A DNA stretch of 64,000 nucleotides from Cenarchaeum sp. Lineage in GTDB: Archaea; Thermoproteota; Nitrososphaeria; Nitrososphaerales; Nitrosopumilaceae. Of this stretch, positions 27,598-38,050 are shown in pieces. The notes under the pieces are model-generated. The model saw only the letters and a list, made by a program, of their open reading frames with translations. It made no database searches and was not told the DNA's origin. The DNA lies in NCBI GenBank assembly GCA_965206845.1, contig OZ242221.1, forward strand, positions 1,056,001 to 1,120,000. Reading direction: 5' to 3'. The translations under genes were made by a program, and so were the position numbers. Position 1 is the stretch's first letter. Each line of letters opens with the position of its first letter.

Positions 27598-28692
27598 TTG
27601 GATAAAAGGCTGCGAATCATGGGCATTGCGGCAGCAGTTGCCGCATCGGCGCTGATCCTCAGCTCGCCCTCGGAGACCATCCCGCTGCCGCGACCCACCG
27701 ACCCGGAGCCCGAGGGCAGGCCGGTGGAGATCCTGGCTACCAACCTGGACAAGCCCAGGGGCATAGCGGCCTCCGGCGACAGGGTCTTTGTCACGGAGAA
27801 GGACGGGAGGATTCGCGTCGTGGAGGGCGGCGCCCTGCTGGAGCGGCCCCTTGCCACCCTGAGAACCGCAGACGTCTTCGGCGGCGGGCTGCTGGGGATT
27901 GCCACGCATCCGGACTTTGAGGAGAACCACCTCCTGTACGTCTACTTTACCTATGTGGAGGGCGGCGAGCTCCAGAACAGGATCATGAGGATAACCGAGT
28001 CAGAGAACAGGCTGGTGTCTGCTGAGACCATACTGGACGGGATTCCTGGATCACCCTTCGCCAACGGCGGGTTCCTGAAGTTTGGCCCCGACGGCAAGCT
28101 CTACGCCGGTACCGGCTCCGTCTCTGACTCCTTGCACCTGTCACAGGACGCCGACTCCCTGGCGGGGAAGATACTGAGAATAAACGACGACGGCACGATA
28201 CCAGACGACAACCCGGTTCCCGGCTCCGCAGTGTATGCGTTGGGGTTCCGGGATCCCCAAGGACTGGCTTGGAACGAGTCCGGGGATCTGATCGTGGCAG
28301 ACTTGGGGCCGACCAAGAACGACGAGATAAACGTCGTGCAAAAGGCAGGCAACTTTGGCTGGCCGGACCAGGAGTGCCAGGGGAACCCGGAGTTTGTGGA
28401 CTCGGCCATATGCTATGATCCCGCAATCGAGCCGGGGGGCATAGTGCTCTACTCCGGCGACAGGCTGCCGCTGGAGGGCAGGCTTATAGTGGCGTCCCTG
28501 AGGGCGGTCAACCTCTTCGAGCTGGACATGGAGGAGGGCCTGGGCTCCCAGAAGAGCATCCTCAGCGGACTGGGAAGGGTGCGCGATGTATATGAGGACG
28601 GCGACGGAAATCTCTACGTGATAACGTCAAACACCGACGGAAAGGGCTTTCCGGGCCAGGACGACGACATGCTCCTGAGGATAGTGCGATGA
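27598..28692 (+). CDS. PQQ-dependent glucose/sorbosone dehydrogenase family protein
   Basis: GLLGIATHPDF, FGPDGKLY, GKILRI, GFRDPQGLAW, DEIN, GRVRDV. Confidence 0.88.
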   Translation: MDKRLRIMGIAAAVAASALILSSPSETIPLPRPTDPEPEGRPVEILATNLDKPRGIAASGDRVFVTEKDGRIRVVEGGALLERPLATLRTADVFGGGLLGIATHPDFEENHLLYVYFTYVEGGELQNRIMRITESENRLVSAETILDGIPGSPFANGGFLKFGPDGKLYAGTGSVSDSLHLSQDADSLAGKILRINDDGTIPDDNPVPGSAVYALGFRDPQGLAWNESGDLIVADLGPTKNDEINVVQKAGNFGWPDQECQGNPEFVDSAICYDPAIEPGGIVLYSGDRLPLEGRLIVASLRAVNLFELDMEEGLGSQKSILSGLGRVRDVYEDGDGNLYVITSNTDGKGFPGQDDDMLLRIVR

Positions 28693-29945
28693 GCCGGGAC
28701 TCGGCGATCCCGGGATTCTTTAGGAAGAGCCACCGGGAGCGCCTGAAGATACTGGGCGATTTTGCCGGCCTGTCCGATGACGAGATGGATATCCTGGCCC
28801 AGTCCACCGGGGGGATCGGGTTTGAGCAGGCAGACAAGATGATCGAGAACGCAATCGGGACCTTCTCGCTTCCCGTGGGGGTGGCCACAAACTTCCGGAT
28901 CAACGGCAGGGACCACCTGGTTCCCATGGTGATCGAGGAGCCGTCGGTGGTGGCAGCGGCCTCAAAGGGTGCCAAGACCGCCAGGGTTCGCGGCGGGTTT
29001 GCCGCCGAGGCCGACGGATCCTACAGCACGGGGCAGATCCAGGTCCTGGGCGCCGGGGAGGGCTCGGCTGCCAGGCTCGCCGAGTCCGAGCCGGACATCC
29101 TCAGGGCGGCAAACGCCAAGAGCTCCACCCTCTCAAGGCTTGGGAAGGGCGCCCGGAGCGTCTCCTGCAGGGAGATACGGACCGACTCCAAGGACATGCT
29201 CATAGTCGAGCTGCTCATAGACGTGGGCGACGCCATGGGCGCAAACGTGACCAACTCGATGTGCGAGGCAGCGGCCCCGCTGGTGGAGGAGGCCACCGGC
29301 GGCACGGCCCTCCTGAAGATACTCTCAAACTACTCCACCCGCAGGATGGTCCGGGCATCTGCGGTCTTTGACCGGGAGGCGGTCGGGGGGCCGCAGGTGG
29401 TCGACGACATAATCGACGCCTACCAGTTTGCCCGGCACGACGTGCACAGGGCAGTCACCCACAACAAGGGGGTGATGAACGGCATCGTGGCGGTGGCAGC
29501 CGCCACGGGACAAGACGGCAGGGCCATCGAGGCGGCCGCCCACGCGTACGCCGCCCGGGACGGAACCTACAGGTCCCTCACCGAGTGGTCCAGAGACGGG
29601 GACGGAAACCTGGTGGGAAGGCTGGAGGTTCCCATGGCCGTGGGCACGGTGGGCGGAATAGTCAACGTCCACCCCCTAGCCAGAATCTGCAGCAAGATCC
29701 TGGGCGCAAGATCTGCAGGCGAGCTTGGCTGCATAATCGCCGCGACGGGACTGGCCCAGAACTACAGCGCCATCCGGGCCCTTGCCACCGAGGGAATCCA
29801 GAAGGGCCACATGAGGCTGCACGCAAGAAACCTGGCGTCCGCCGCGGGAGCCGCCCCCGGCAGCATAGACGGGATCGTCGACAGGATGGTCTCCGAGGGC
29901 AACATCTCGCTTAGCAGGGCAAGGGATCTTGCAAACCGGGAGTAG
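28689..29945 (+). CDS. mvaA: HMG-CoA reductase, class II
   Basis: ENAIG, EEPSVVAA, DAMGAN, THNKG, GIQKGHMRLH. Confidence 0.95.
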   Translation: MSRDSAIPGFFRKSHRERLKILGDFAGLSDDEMDILAQSTGGIGFEQADKMIENAIGTFSLPVGVATNFRINGRDHLVPMVIEEPSVVAAASKGAKTARVRGGFAAEADGSYSTGQIQVLGAGEGSAARLAESEPDILRAANAKSSTLSRLGKGARSVSCREIRTDSKDMLIVELLIDVGDAMGANVTNSMCEAAAPLVEEATGGTALLKILSNYSTRRMVRASAVFDREAVGGPQVVDDIIDAYQFARHDVHRAVTHNKGVMNGIVAVAAATGQDGRAIEAAAHAYAARDGTYRSLTEWSRDGDGNLVGRLEVPMAVGTVGGIVNVHPLARICSKILGARSAGELGCIIAATGLAQNYSAIRALATEGIQKGHMRLHARNLASAAGAAPGSIDGIVDRMVSEGNISLSRARDLANRE

Positions 29946-29954
29946 CCTGGGCGC

Positions 29955-31457
29955 CTACTCCCTTCTGGCCGCGACGGCCCTGAGCTCTGCGATCACCTGC
30001 CTGACCAGGTGCCTCGTCTTGTGGTCGGCGGCGTATGTTATCGCAAAGTAGACCCCGGCGCACAGCGCAAGCTGCAACACCATCTGCAGGACATGCTCGA
30101 ATATGTTCTCCGGGTACGTTATGACGTGGTCAGCGGTCACATAGTATACCGCCATAAACGCCAGCGTTGATGCGGCATACACAAGAATTCGCCTCTTTGG
30201 CAGCGGGATCCTTATCGTCCGCCTGACCAGGATCCAGAGGTATGCCACAAACGGAACGGACACCACCGCCGGCAGCAGGGACCAGATCGTTACCAACTGT
30301 ATCTCGGCGGCGCCGCCCAGCAGCAGCAGGATCACGACCAGGATGGCTATGTACAGCGAGTTGTTGATTATGAGCAGGGTGGGCACCATGAAGAGCCTGC
30401 TGCGCAGCATCTTCCTGAATCCTGGATTCTGCTCCACGTCGACCTTCTCAAGGCCCGTCAGTATGTCGTTGGCAGTGGAGATCAGCGCCGTGGTGAACCT
30501 GTAGAACGTCAGGAATATGACGGCCAGGTACGCCTCCTGGTACGCCGAGTTCAGGATAAAGAGCGCTGGCTTGGCAAAGACGATTGCGATGCCTGTCAGC
30601 GGAAGCAGGAAGAAGAACTGCTTGGTCAGGTTCTCTGCGATGTACTTGTGGTTCTTTGAGGCCAGCAGCTTCGGGTACACCGCCTGGGAGACCATCTTTG
30701 CATGCGCCGGGATCTCCGAGATGACCATGGCCGCGGCAAAGTACGCCACCCCCACGACCGAGCCCGTGATCAGCGGAAATATGACTATGCCCGAGCTCCA
30801 GATGTTGCCCCCCAGCCTGCTGTAGATGGGTATCCACGACAGCCTTATCCAGCGGTACAGGAATGCGGGGTTGAACCTCTTGACCAGCCTCTTCCTTGCA
30901 AAGATCATCTGTATGATGATCTGGCCGATATACGCCAGGACGACGGTGACGATCGTCCCGTCTATCCCGAGGTCCAGGAGGTATACCAGAACCAGTCCCA
31001 GGGGAATCTTGGTGCCCTCAAAGGCCAGTATGCTGTAGCTCACCTTGTGGGGCTGGTAGCCAAGGTTGATTGCCTGGAGGGCCCCGTTCACAAAGCTGGC
31101 CGGAATGAGAAGCATGGACAGGACCATTGAAAAGTAAAACTCGGGGGCCACCCCGGAGTAGACGGTTACCAGCGCAAAGTACAGCGGCAGAACCCCCAGC
31201 GAGAGCATCCCGCTGGATATCACGGACGTCTTTGCCACTGCCTCGTCCCTGGCAACCTGCCGCAACGTCCAGTACGAGACTGCAGACTGGGATATTGCGA
31301 CGTAGGACAGCATGGTTCCAAGGATGCTCCAGATGGCAAACTCCTCCGGCTCCAGCTGCCGGGTGACGATTATGACAAAGATGGCTCCCGTGACAACGCC
31401 TATCAGCGACACCGCAAACGCGATCAAGCCGGAATAGGTCACGCGTATGTTGTCCAT
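29955..31457 (-). CDS. Polysaccharide flippase / MOP-superfamily transporter
   Basis: About 12-14 hydrophobic helices; N-terminal TR.L.PEEF..W typical of Wzx-like proteins. Confidence 0.75.
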   Translation of the reverse strand: MDNIRVTYSGLIAFAVSLIGVVTGAIFVIIVTRQLEPEEFAIWSILGTMLSYVAISQSAVSYWTLRQVARDEAVAKTSVISSGMLSLGVLPLYFALVTVYSGVAPEFYFSMVLSMLLIPASFVNGALQAINLGYQPHKVSYSILAFEGTKIPLGLVLVYLLDLGIDGTIVTVVLAYIGQIIIQMIFARKRLVKRFNPAFLYRWIRLSWIPIYSRLGGNIWSSGIVIFPLITGSVVGVAYFAAAMVISEIPAHAKMVSQAVYPKLLASKNHKYIAENLTKQFFFLLPLTGIAIVFAKPALFILNSAYQEAYLAVIFLTFYRFTTALISTANDILTGLEKVDVEQNPGFRKMLRSRLFMVPTLLIINNSLYIAILVVILLLLGGAAEIQLVTIWSLLPAVVSVPFVAYLWILVRRTIRIPLPKRRILVYAASTLAFMAVYYVTADHVITYPENIFEHVLQMVLQLALCAGVYFAITYAADHKTRHLVRQVIAELRAVAARRE

Positions 31458-31760
31458 AAGAAACCAACAGGTCTGAAGTTAATAGTTATTGTGAGCGGCT
31501 GGCGCCCGGCTCTCCTCCGAAGTCCGGTAGCCGGCCGGCACGCTCTGGGCTCGGCGCATGCCACGCTCCCGTGCTGGACCCCGTCCCCAGAGAGTTGCGG
31601 CATCCGCCGCCCGGCCCGTGCCCGTCCTGTCGCGGATTCTGATACCGGCAGGAGATATTGCACCATGTTTGGGCATTTCTGTGATAAATTGCGGCCGGCG
31701 GCCGGCATTCTCGAGAAGTCCCAAGAAAAATGAAATTAATATTAAATTTTCTCGAACAAA

Positions 31761-31781
31761 AAATTAAGCATTGCTTAATTT
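31761..31781. promoter_or_regulatory. Perfect palindrome upstream of thrC, candidate operator
   Basis: AAATTAAGCA-T-TGCTTAATTT, about 10 bp upstream of a T-rich TATA-like box. Confidence 0.45.
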
Positions 31782-31830
31782 GATCTTAGGATTTTTTATC
31801 AATGCCTTAACCGGTATCATGATTAGTAGA

Positions 31831-33045
31831 ATGTCCAGGATACACTTGCAGTGCAGGGAGTGCAGAAGAGAGTACGAGCCCACCTTCCGGTACGTGTGCG
31901 AGGAGTGCTTTGGCCCACTTGACGTGGCGTATGACCCCGTCTCTGTGACGCCGGACACCTTTGCGGGCAGGGAGCAGACCTACTGGAGGTACTTTGAGCT
32001 TCTCCCGATCTTGGACAAGTCAAACATCGTCGACATAGGCGCCGGCATGACGCCGCTGCTCAGGGCCGACAGGCTCGGCAGCGAGCTGGGGATAGACAAC
32101 CTGTACATAAAGAACGACTCTGTCAACCCAACCTTCTCGTTCAAGGACAGGCCTGCGGGCGTGGCCGTCTCCAAGTCCCTGGAGTTTGGCCTGTCCGCTG
32201 TGGGCTGCGCGTCCACCGGAAACCTGTCGTCTGCCACCGCGGCGCACGCGGCAAGGGCCGGACTGCCATGTTACGTCTTTGCCCCCAGCGACATCGAGAT
32301 GGCAAAGATCGCGCAGGCCCTCTCGTACGGGGCCAGGTACACCCCGATCAAGGGCACGTATGACGACGCAAACAGAATCGCCGCATACGTGGGGGACAGC
32401 AAGGGGTATGGCATTGTAAACATCAACATGCGCTCGTACTATGTGGAGGGCTCCAAGACCCTGGCCTTTGAGGTCGCAGAGCAGCTGGGCTGGAGGGTGC
32501 CGGATCACCTTGTGGTTCCTGTGGGCAGCGGCGCGATGCTCAACGCGATCTGCAAGGGCTTTGAGGAGCTGCAGCAGGCCTCCCTGCTGGGAGACGTCTC
32601 ACAGATGAGCGTGGAGGCCGCACAAGCGCGGGGATGCGCGCCTGTCGTGGACGCGTTCAGGGGCAACCACAGGGAGGTGACGCCCGTCGAGCGCCCGGAC
32701 ACCGTTGCCAAGAGCCTGGCCATCGGCGACCCAGGGGACGGCAGGTACGTCCTCAAGCGGCTCGCCCAGTATGGCGGCTCTGCGGATGACGCCACCGACC
32801 AGGAGATCATGGACGCGATACTGCTGCTGGCAAGGACAGAGGGAGTGTTTACCGAGCCTGCCGGCGGCGTGTCTGTCGCGGCGCTCAGGAAGATGGCCGA
32901 GTCGGGCAGAATCGACTCGGGCGACACCGTCGTGTGCTACATTACGGGCAACGGCCTCAAGTCGATCGAGCCACTGATGCGAGTCCTGCCAAGGCCCCAG
33001 GCGGTGGAGGCCGATCTGGGAAAGATCGCGGCGGTGATCAAGTAG
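31831..33045 (+). CDS. thrC: Threonine synthase (PLP fold II, N-terminal Zn ribbon)
   Basis: NPTFSFKDR, CASTGN, EGSKT, VPVGSG, EPAGG, TGNGLK. Confidence 0.88.
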   Translation: MSRIHLQCRECRREYEPTFRYVCEECFGPLDVAYDPVSVTPDTFAGREQTYWRYFELLPILDKSNIVDIGAGMTPLLRADRLGSELGIDNLYIKNDSVNPTFSFKDRPAGVAVSKSLEFGLSAVGCASTGNLSSATAAHAARAGLPCYVFAPSDIEMAKIAQALSYGARYTPIKGTYDDANRIAAYVGDSKGYGIVNINMRSYYVEGSKTLAFEVAEQLGWRVPDHLVVPVGSGAMLNAICKGFEELQQASLLGDVSQMSVEAAQARGCAPVVDAFRGNHREVTPVERPDTVAKSLAIGDPGDGRYVLKRLAQYGGSADDATDQEIMDAILLLARTEGVFTEPAGGVSVAALRKMAESGRIDSGDTVVCYITGNGLKSIEPLMRVLPRPQAVEADLGKIAAVIK

Positions 33046-34382
33046 TGGCCGACGTTACGTTCACGATTCCATCCGTCCTCAACAGCGGCGGCGGCGAGAG
33101 GAAGGTGCCGGTGTCCGCATCCAGCCTGGCAGACGCGTTCAGGGTGATCGCAGATCAGATGGGCGCCGACTTTGCAAGGAGGGTGCTTGACGACGACGGC
33201 TCGCCCAGGGCGCTGATCAACATATACATCAACGGCAAGAACGCCAAGTTTGCCGACGGCATCCAGACCGCCCTCAAGGACGGCGACGACATCTACATCC
33301 TTCCCGCGGTGGCCGGCGGCTCTGGAATGTCAGGCCGCGACCTTGACAGGTACTCAAGGCAGATAATGCTGGAGGAGATAGGCTACAACGGCCAGCTGGA
33401 CATCCGCAGGGCCAGGGTCTGCATAGTGGGCTCCGGCGGGCTGGGAAATCCGATAGCGTCGCGCCTCGTGGCCATGGGGGTGGGAACCGTGAGGCTGGTC
33501 GACAGGGACGTAATCGAGCTCTCAAACCTGCACCGCCAGACCCTGTTTGATGAGGGGGACGTGGGCCAGGTCAAGGTGGAGGCGGCGGCCGCACACCTGC
33601 GCAAGATGAACTCAGGCGTCCTGATCGAGCCGCTGGCTGTCTCTGTAAACATGTACAACGCGCCAGATGTGGTGGACGGATGCGACGTGGTGATCGACGC
33701 GCTGGACAGCGTCAGCGCAAGGTACGCGCTGAACCGGGCATGCGTCAAGAAGGGGATTCCGTTTGTCACGGGGGCCGCCGTGGGGACCTCGGGACAGGTC
33801 TTTACCGTCCTGCCGGGCAGGACTGCCTGCTACCACTGCATGTTTCCCGAGCTTGACGAGGACTCGATGCCCACATGCTCAATTGAGGGGGTGCATCCGC
33901 CGGTCCTCTCGATAGTGGCCGCCATCGAGGTGGCCGAGGCGGTCAAGATAATGCTGAAGAAGAGCCCCAACCTGTCAGAGCGCATACTGCATGTGGATAT
34001 CGAGAACCTTGACTTTTCGTTTACGCGCACGTTCCGGGCCGAGGAGTGCCCGGTGTGCGGCTCCGGCAGGGAGCGGGAGGCGCCAAGGCAGGAGATGATC
34101 ATCGAGGAGCTGTGCGGCCGCAACCGCGGCCGGCGCACGTTCTCACTGACGCCAACGCAGTCAGCGGATCTTGACATGGAGCGGGTCACGAGAATTGCAA
34201 GGGAGAAGGGGTTCACGGTGGACAACCAGGGCGATCTTGGGCTGTCCGTGCGCACGACCGACCTTGCCGTCAGCTTCATGAAAAAATGCTCGGCCGTGGT
34301 GGTGGGGCCCCGGGACGAGGACGAGGCGCTGCATCTCTACTGCTCCCTTCTGGGAAGGCCCCCGCTGGTCAAAAGCCGGTAG
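33045..34382 (+). CDS. MoaD/ThiS ubiquitin-like domain fused to a ThiF/MoeB (E1-like) adenylyltransferase
   Basis: Ubl domain ending LPAVAGG, then RYSRQ, GSGGLG, DRD.IELSNLHRQ, CYHC, catalytic TC, CPVC; GTG start overlaps the thrC stop. Confidence 0.9.
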   Translation: MADVTFTIPSVLNSGGGERKVPVSASSLADAFRVIADQMGADFARRVLDDDGSPRALINIYINGKNAKFADGIQTALKDGDDIYILPAVAGGSGMSGRDLDRYSRQIMLEEIGYNGQLDIRRARVCIVGSGGLGNPIASRLVAMGVGTVRLVDRDVIELSNLHRQTLFDEGDVGQVKVEAAAAHLRKMNSGVLIEPLAVSVNMYNAPDVVDGCDVVIDALDSVSARYALNRACVKKGIPFVTGAAVGTSGQVFTVLPGRTACYHCMFPELDEDSMPTCSIEGVHPPVLSIVAAIEVAEAVKIMLKKSPNLSERILHVDIENLDFSFTRTFRAEECPVCGSGREREAPRQEMIIEELCGRNRGRRTFSLTPTQSADLDMERVTRIAREKGFTVDNQGDLGLSVRTTDLAVSFMKKCSAVVVGPRDEDEALHLYCSLLGRPPLVKSR

Positions 34383-34422
34383 GTTCCCGTTCCGCCGCGC
34401 GCGGCGGGTGCCCCACGGCGGG

Positions 34423-37400
34423 CTACAGCTCCAGATCAAAGAACCTGGCGGTGACCGAGAACGGCTCGGTGAAGTTCCCGCCGCCAAACAGCGTCGAGTG
34501 CATCATCATGCCGTAGGTGCCGGTCTGGTTTATGGGTACCTGCAGCAGCGTGGATGTGGCGTTGAGGCCGCTCACGTGGAAGAAGCCCCCTCCGCCGGAG
34601 AAGCTGGTGGATCCCAGCCAGTCGTTGCTGGGCCAGCCGGCCAGGTGCCCAAAGACCCCCGAGGGCACGTTTGTCTGGATTATCTGTCCCGCGGGATCGA
34701 TTACGAACACCGACATGCTGCTGTTCTCGTCGCTCCAGGACACCTTGATGGCGGCCGAGTCTATGTCGGGGTCGCTGATCTCAAAGTGGTAGTGGCGCCA
34801 GTCCCCGGCCATGTACCTGCTCAGCATGTCAAAGGAGCCCTTGACGTACCCGTTGCCGTACATGACGTCGTTTGTGTCATGCCCCCCTATGCGTACCGTG
34901 ACGTCATTGGAGTCTATGGCCTCCTTTACTACATAGGAGACGGGCGCGTGCACCGCGCTGCGCTCCCCCTCAAAGGTGATCACTCCCTGGTACACGCCGA
35001 CGGCCGCACCATGAGGGGCTACCACCGTGGCAGTCACTTCGGCGGTGCCCCTGCCGGGCACGTACGCCTCCCGATCGTCCACCCACACAGCTCCCCAGTC
35101 GCCCCGGGAGTAGTAGGATGCCGACAGCGTGTAGTCTATTGCCGTGGCGTTGTTCTCGGTGAGACCCAGCCAGTACGAGTACCGGCTCGGCACCGGATAC
35201 ACGCCCACCACCGGCTCGTGCTGGAACTTCGAGTCGGGATCCGTCACCCTCATCTCCTGGACAGTGCCCCAGGAGCCGGCCCGGCTGACCATCGACAGCT
35301 CGTCGCTGGATATCCGGGTGTTGCCGTCTGTGTCGTTCCAGTCGTACAGGTACAGCGAGGCGATCTTCATGTCATCGGCATAGATGACAGAGTCGGTGCT
35401 GTTCATGAAGGCGTCAAAGTCAAACGTGAGGCCCAGGATCATCAGGGCGGCATCCTCGGGCACGGGATACCGGTAGTCAAAGTAGTCTGCCAGCGTGTCA
35501 AACCCCTTGACGTCTGAGAGCCGGATGTAGTTTGGCGCATAGATGCCTGAGCTGTTCAGCACCGGGTCCTGCTCGTGGGGTGAGGTGGTTCCTTGGTACT
35601 CGGTCCTCTTTATCAGCTGCAGCGTCTGCGGCGTGACAGAGACGTTTATGGGCAGGATCGAGGGGTTCTCGATGGTGAACGTGGTCGTGCTCCGCTGGCC
35701 GGCCTCCATGCGCCCGGCAAACCAGGAGGTGGCCGGCAGCGCCGTGTCGGGAAGCACGAACCTCTCGGCCCCGAACCCGGTATGGTTTACCGCTTGCATG
35801 GCCTCGGCCAGTGCAGCCCTGACGTTGCCGTAGGTGGAGTTGTTGTGGACTATGAACTGTCCGGGCTCGCCGCGGGCATACGCCACCGCCCGGGTCGCGT
35901 TGACCAGTCCGCTGCCCTGGGTCAGCGGATCGTTGCCCAGGTCGCTGGCAGTGGACATCAGGATGCTCTTTATCAGAAACGGATCCGCATCGGCTCCGCG
36001 GTCCCGCAGCGCCTCGATCACCAGCGCCGCGCTGCCTGCCACCACAGGGGCCGCCATGCTGGTGCCGCCGTACAGGGAGAACGGGTTGTTCTCCGGTTCC
36101 CGGACCGACTCGGTCACCGGCGCCGGCACAAAGCCATAGGCCCCTATCCCCATGATGTCCGGCTTGGGATCGCCTATGATGCCCGGGCCGCGGCCTGAAA
36201 AGTCCACCACGTGGTTCCGGTGCGCGGTGGTGTTGCCGAAGCGCGGCTCCCCGTCAAAGCTGCTGTATCCCACAAACACGTTGTTCGTGGTGGCCCCGAC
36301 GGTGATCCCAAAGGACGCGGTAGCAGGTACCGACATGGCGCCGTATCCTGGACCGGAGTTTCCTCCGCTGGTCACCATTGTGATGCCCGGGTAGTCCGGA
36401 TGCATGGACTTTGGCGTTACTATGGCGTTGTTGATCAGGGACAGGACATCCATGCCTGGTGCCGCATCCAGGTTGGGAAACGCGGAGACTCCCCAGCTGT
36501 TGGAGACTATGTCCGCCCTGGTCTGGTTCGAGTAGGTCCAGGAGGTGTCGTGGTTGTCAAACCCGGCAGCCCACATCCACGCGTACAGCACGTCACCAAA
36601 CCACAGGACCTTGATGGGGAGTATCTCGACCTCGGACGCCACGCCGGCGATGTTGAACTTTTCACCGGTACCGTAGATGTCGTACTCCCTCTGGCCTGCA
36701 GACGCAACGGTGGCGGCGCTAGCAGAGCCGTGTCCATAATAGTCAGTCATCAGGCCAAAGAAGTTGCCTGCGGGATCCATCGGGGGCAGGAGCGTACCGT
36801 TGACTGCGCCCAGCGCATCCACCTCTTCGGCTGTGTAGTCCGGCTCGATGACGCTGTGGACGTCTAGCACCCACGCGCCCACCGTGCCGCTACTGTAGTT
36901 GTCCCTTCCGTCCCCGTCAGAGTCGTACACCAGAAACTCCTTGCCCTCCCCCAGCTGTATCTGGGTCTCGTCGGTAAAGTCAAAGTCATAGTCCGGACTC
37001 TCCCTGGGCTCCAGATCGAACCTGGTATAGTCCTCCCAAGAGGTGGACATGTCAGGAATTATGGTGTCGTATACGCCGGCCTCCTCTGCGTCCACCACAA
37101 GTATGGGCACCACCTGCGCCGCAAGGAAGATCCCGCCGGGCGCCGGCTGGTATATGACGCCCAGGTGATATACGCCGCTCTGCGATACGATATAGTCGCG
37201 GTTGTCCGTCCCTATCTTCAGGTCGTTTATCATGGTGCCGTTGAGGACCGGACTGCTGCCGCCATACGGGTAAAACGCGTTGTACACCTGGATCGTGGTT
37301 CCCGTGTTCCCCTGGTTCAGGTCCAGGAACACGCCGTCGTCTGAGACGTATACCCGGGAGGTCGCCCCCTCAGGCAGGTCGCCGGTGTAGTTTCGCATGA

Positions 37401-37998
37401 CGCCGAACTCGTCTATGTTGGCAACAAACGTGGCGTTTGTAAGCACGATGCCCTGGCCGTCGGCGTCAAGCATTATGGGCCTGTTCAGCTCGTCGCGGGC
37501 AAGGGAGTCGCGTATGTCGGTGTTTGAAAAGTCCACGCCGGTGTCGGCGATGCCGACTGTAACGCCCGAACCCTGATACCCCAGGGCGCGGTTCACATGC
37601 CTGGAGCCCACGATGTCGCCGATTCCTGAAGCGTCGCCGCCCATCGAGTCAAACTCCAGCTCAAAGTCCTCTATCACGTGGTATCCCATCCTCTCCATGG
37701 ATGCTCTCGCGTTCTCCGGAAATGCGCCCACGGAGAGAAATCCCGTATCCGTCCTTGCCGTGTATGCCATATTCTCCGCAACCTGCGGGAGCCAGTTGCC
37801 GGTGCCTTGGCCAAACACTATGTAGCGTCTGGGAGGTTCGCCCTCCGTCCAGGCGGCCCCGTCCATGTGTATGATGCCTGACTCCGTGGGTGCGGGTCGG
37901 GCCTCCTCGCGGACCTGCGGCAGATCGCCGCCGAGCAGTCCGTAGGCGGTGCCTGATATCAGTGACGCCGTCACGATCACTGCTATCAGTCTGATCAT
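34423..37998 (-). CDS. Secreted S8 (subtilisin-like) serine protease, 1191 aa
   Basis: Signal peptide; catalytic triad motifs ADTG, GHGS, GTSMAAP; oxyanion-hole GNSG. Confidence 0.9.
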   Translation of the reverse strand: MIRLIAVIVTASLISGTAYGLLGGDLPQVREEARPAPTESGIIHMDGAAWTEGEPPRRYIVFGQGTGNWLPQVAENMAYTARTDTGFLSVGAFPENARASMERMGYHVIEDFELEFDSMGGDASGIGDIVGSRHVNRALGYQGSGVTVGIADTGVDFSNTDIRDSLARDELNRPIMLDADGQGIVLTNATFVANIDEFGVMRNYTGDLPEGATSRVYVSDDGVFLDLNQGNTGTTIQVYNAFYPYGGSSPVLNGTMINDLKIGTDNRDYIVSQSGVYHLGVIYQPAPGGIFLAAQVVPILVVDAEEAGVYDTIIPDMSTSWEDYTRFDLEPRESPDYDFDFTDETQIQLGEGKEFLVYDSDGDGRDNYSSGTVGAWVLDVHSVIEPDYTAEEVDALGAVNGTLLPPMDPAGNFFGLMTDYYGHGSASAATVASAGQREYDIYGTGEKFNIAGVASEVEILPIKVLWFGDVLYAWMWAAGFDNHDTSWTYSNQTRADIVSNSWGVSAFPNLDAAPGMDVLSLINNAIVTPKSMHPDYPGITMVTSGGNSGPGYGAMSVPATASFGITVGATTNNVFVGYSSFDGEPRFGNTTAHRNHVVDFSGRGPGIIGDPKPDIMGIGAYGFVPAPVTESVREPENNPFSLYGGTSMAAPVVAGSAALVIEALRDRGADADPFLIKSILMSTASDLGNDPLTQGSGLVNATRAVAYARGEPGQFIVHNNSTYGNVRAALAEAMQAVNHTGFGAERFVLPDTALPATSWFAGRMEAGQRSTTTFTIENPSILPINVSVTPQTLQLIKRTEYQGTTSPHEQDPVLNSSGIYAPNYIRLSDVKGFDTLADYFDYRYPVPEDAALMILGLTFDFDAFMNSTDSVIYADDMKIASLYLYDWNDTDGNTRISSDELSMVSRAGSWGTVQEMRVTDPDSKFQHEPVVGVYPVPSRYSYWLGLTENNATAIDYTLSASYYSRGDWGAVWVDDREAYVPGRGTAEVTATVVAPHGAAVGVYQGVITFEGERSAVHAPVSYVVKEAIDSNDVTVRIGGHDTNDVMYGNGYVKGSFDMLSRYMAGDWRHYHFEISDPDIDSAAIKVSWSDENSSMSVFVIDPAGQIIQTNVPSGVFGHLAGWPSNDWLGSTSFSGGGGFFHVSGLNATSTLLQVPINQTGTYGMMMHSTLFGGGNFTEPFSVTARFFDLEL

Positions 37999-38050
37999 GG
38001 CTCAGATATGCCGGTTCTGTATAAAAGCCATTGTTTGCGGGGCTGCCTGC

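Noticed and set aside
9273-29945. Bacterial-type metK and class II HMG-CoA reductase as recent horizontal transfers
   Set aside because: To my knowledge both are usual in this archaeal lineage, and they sit in ordinary core context with typical composition.
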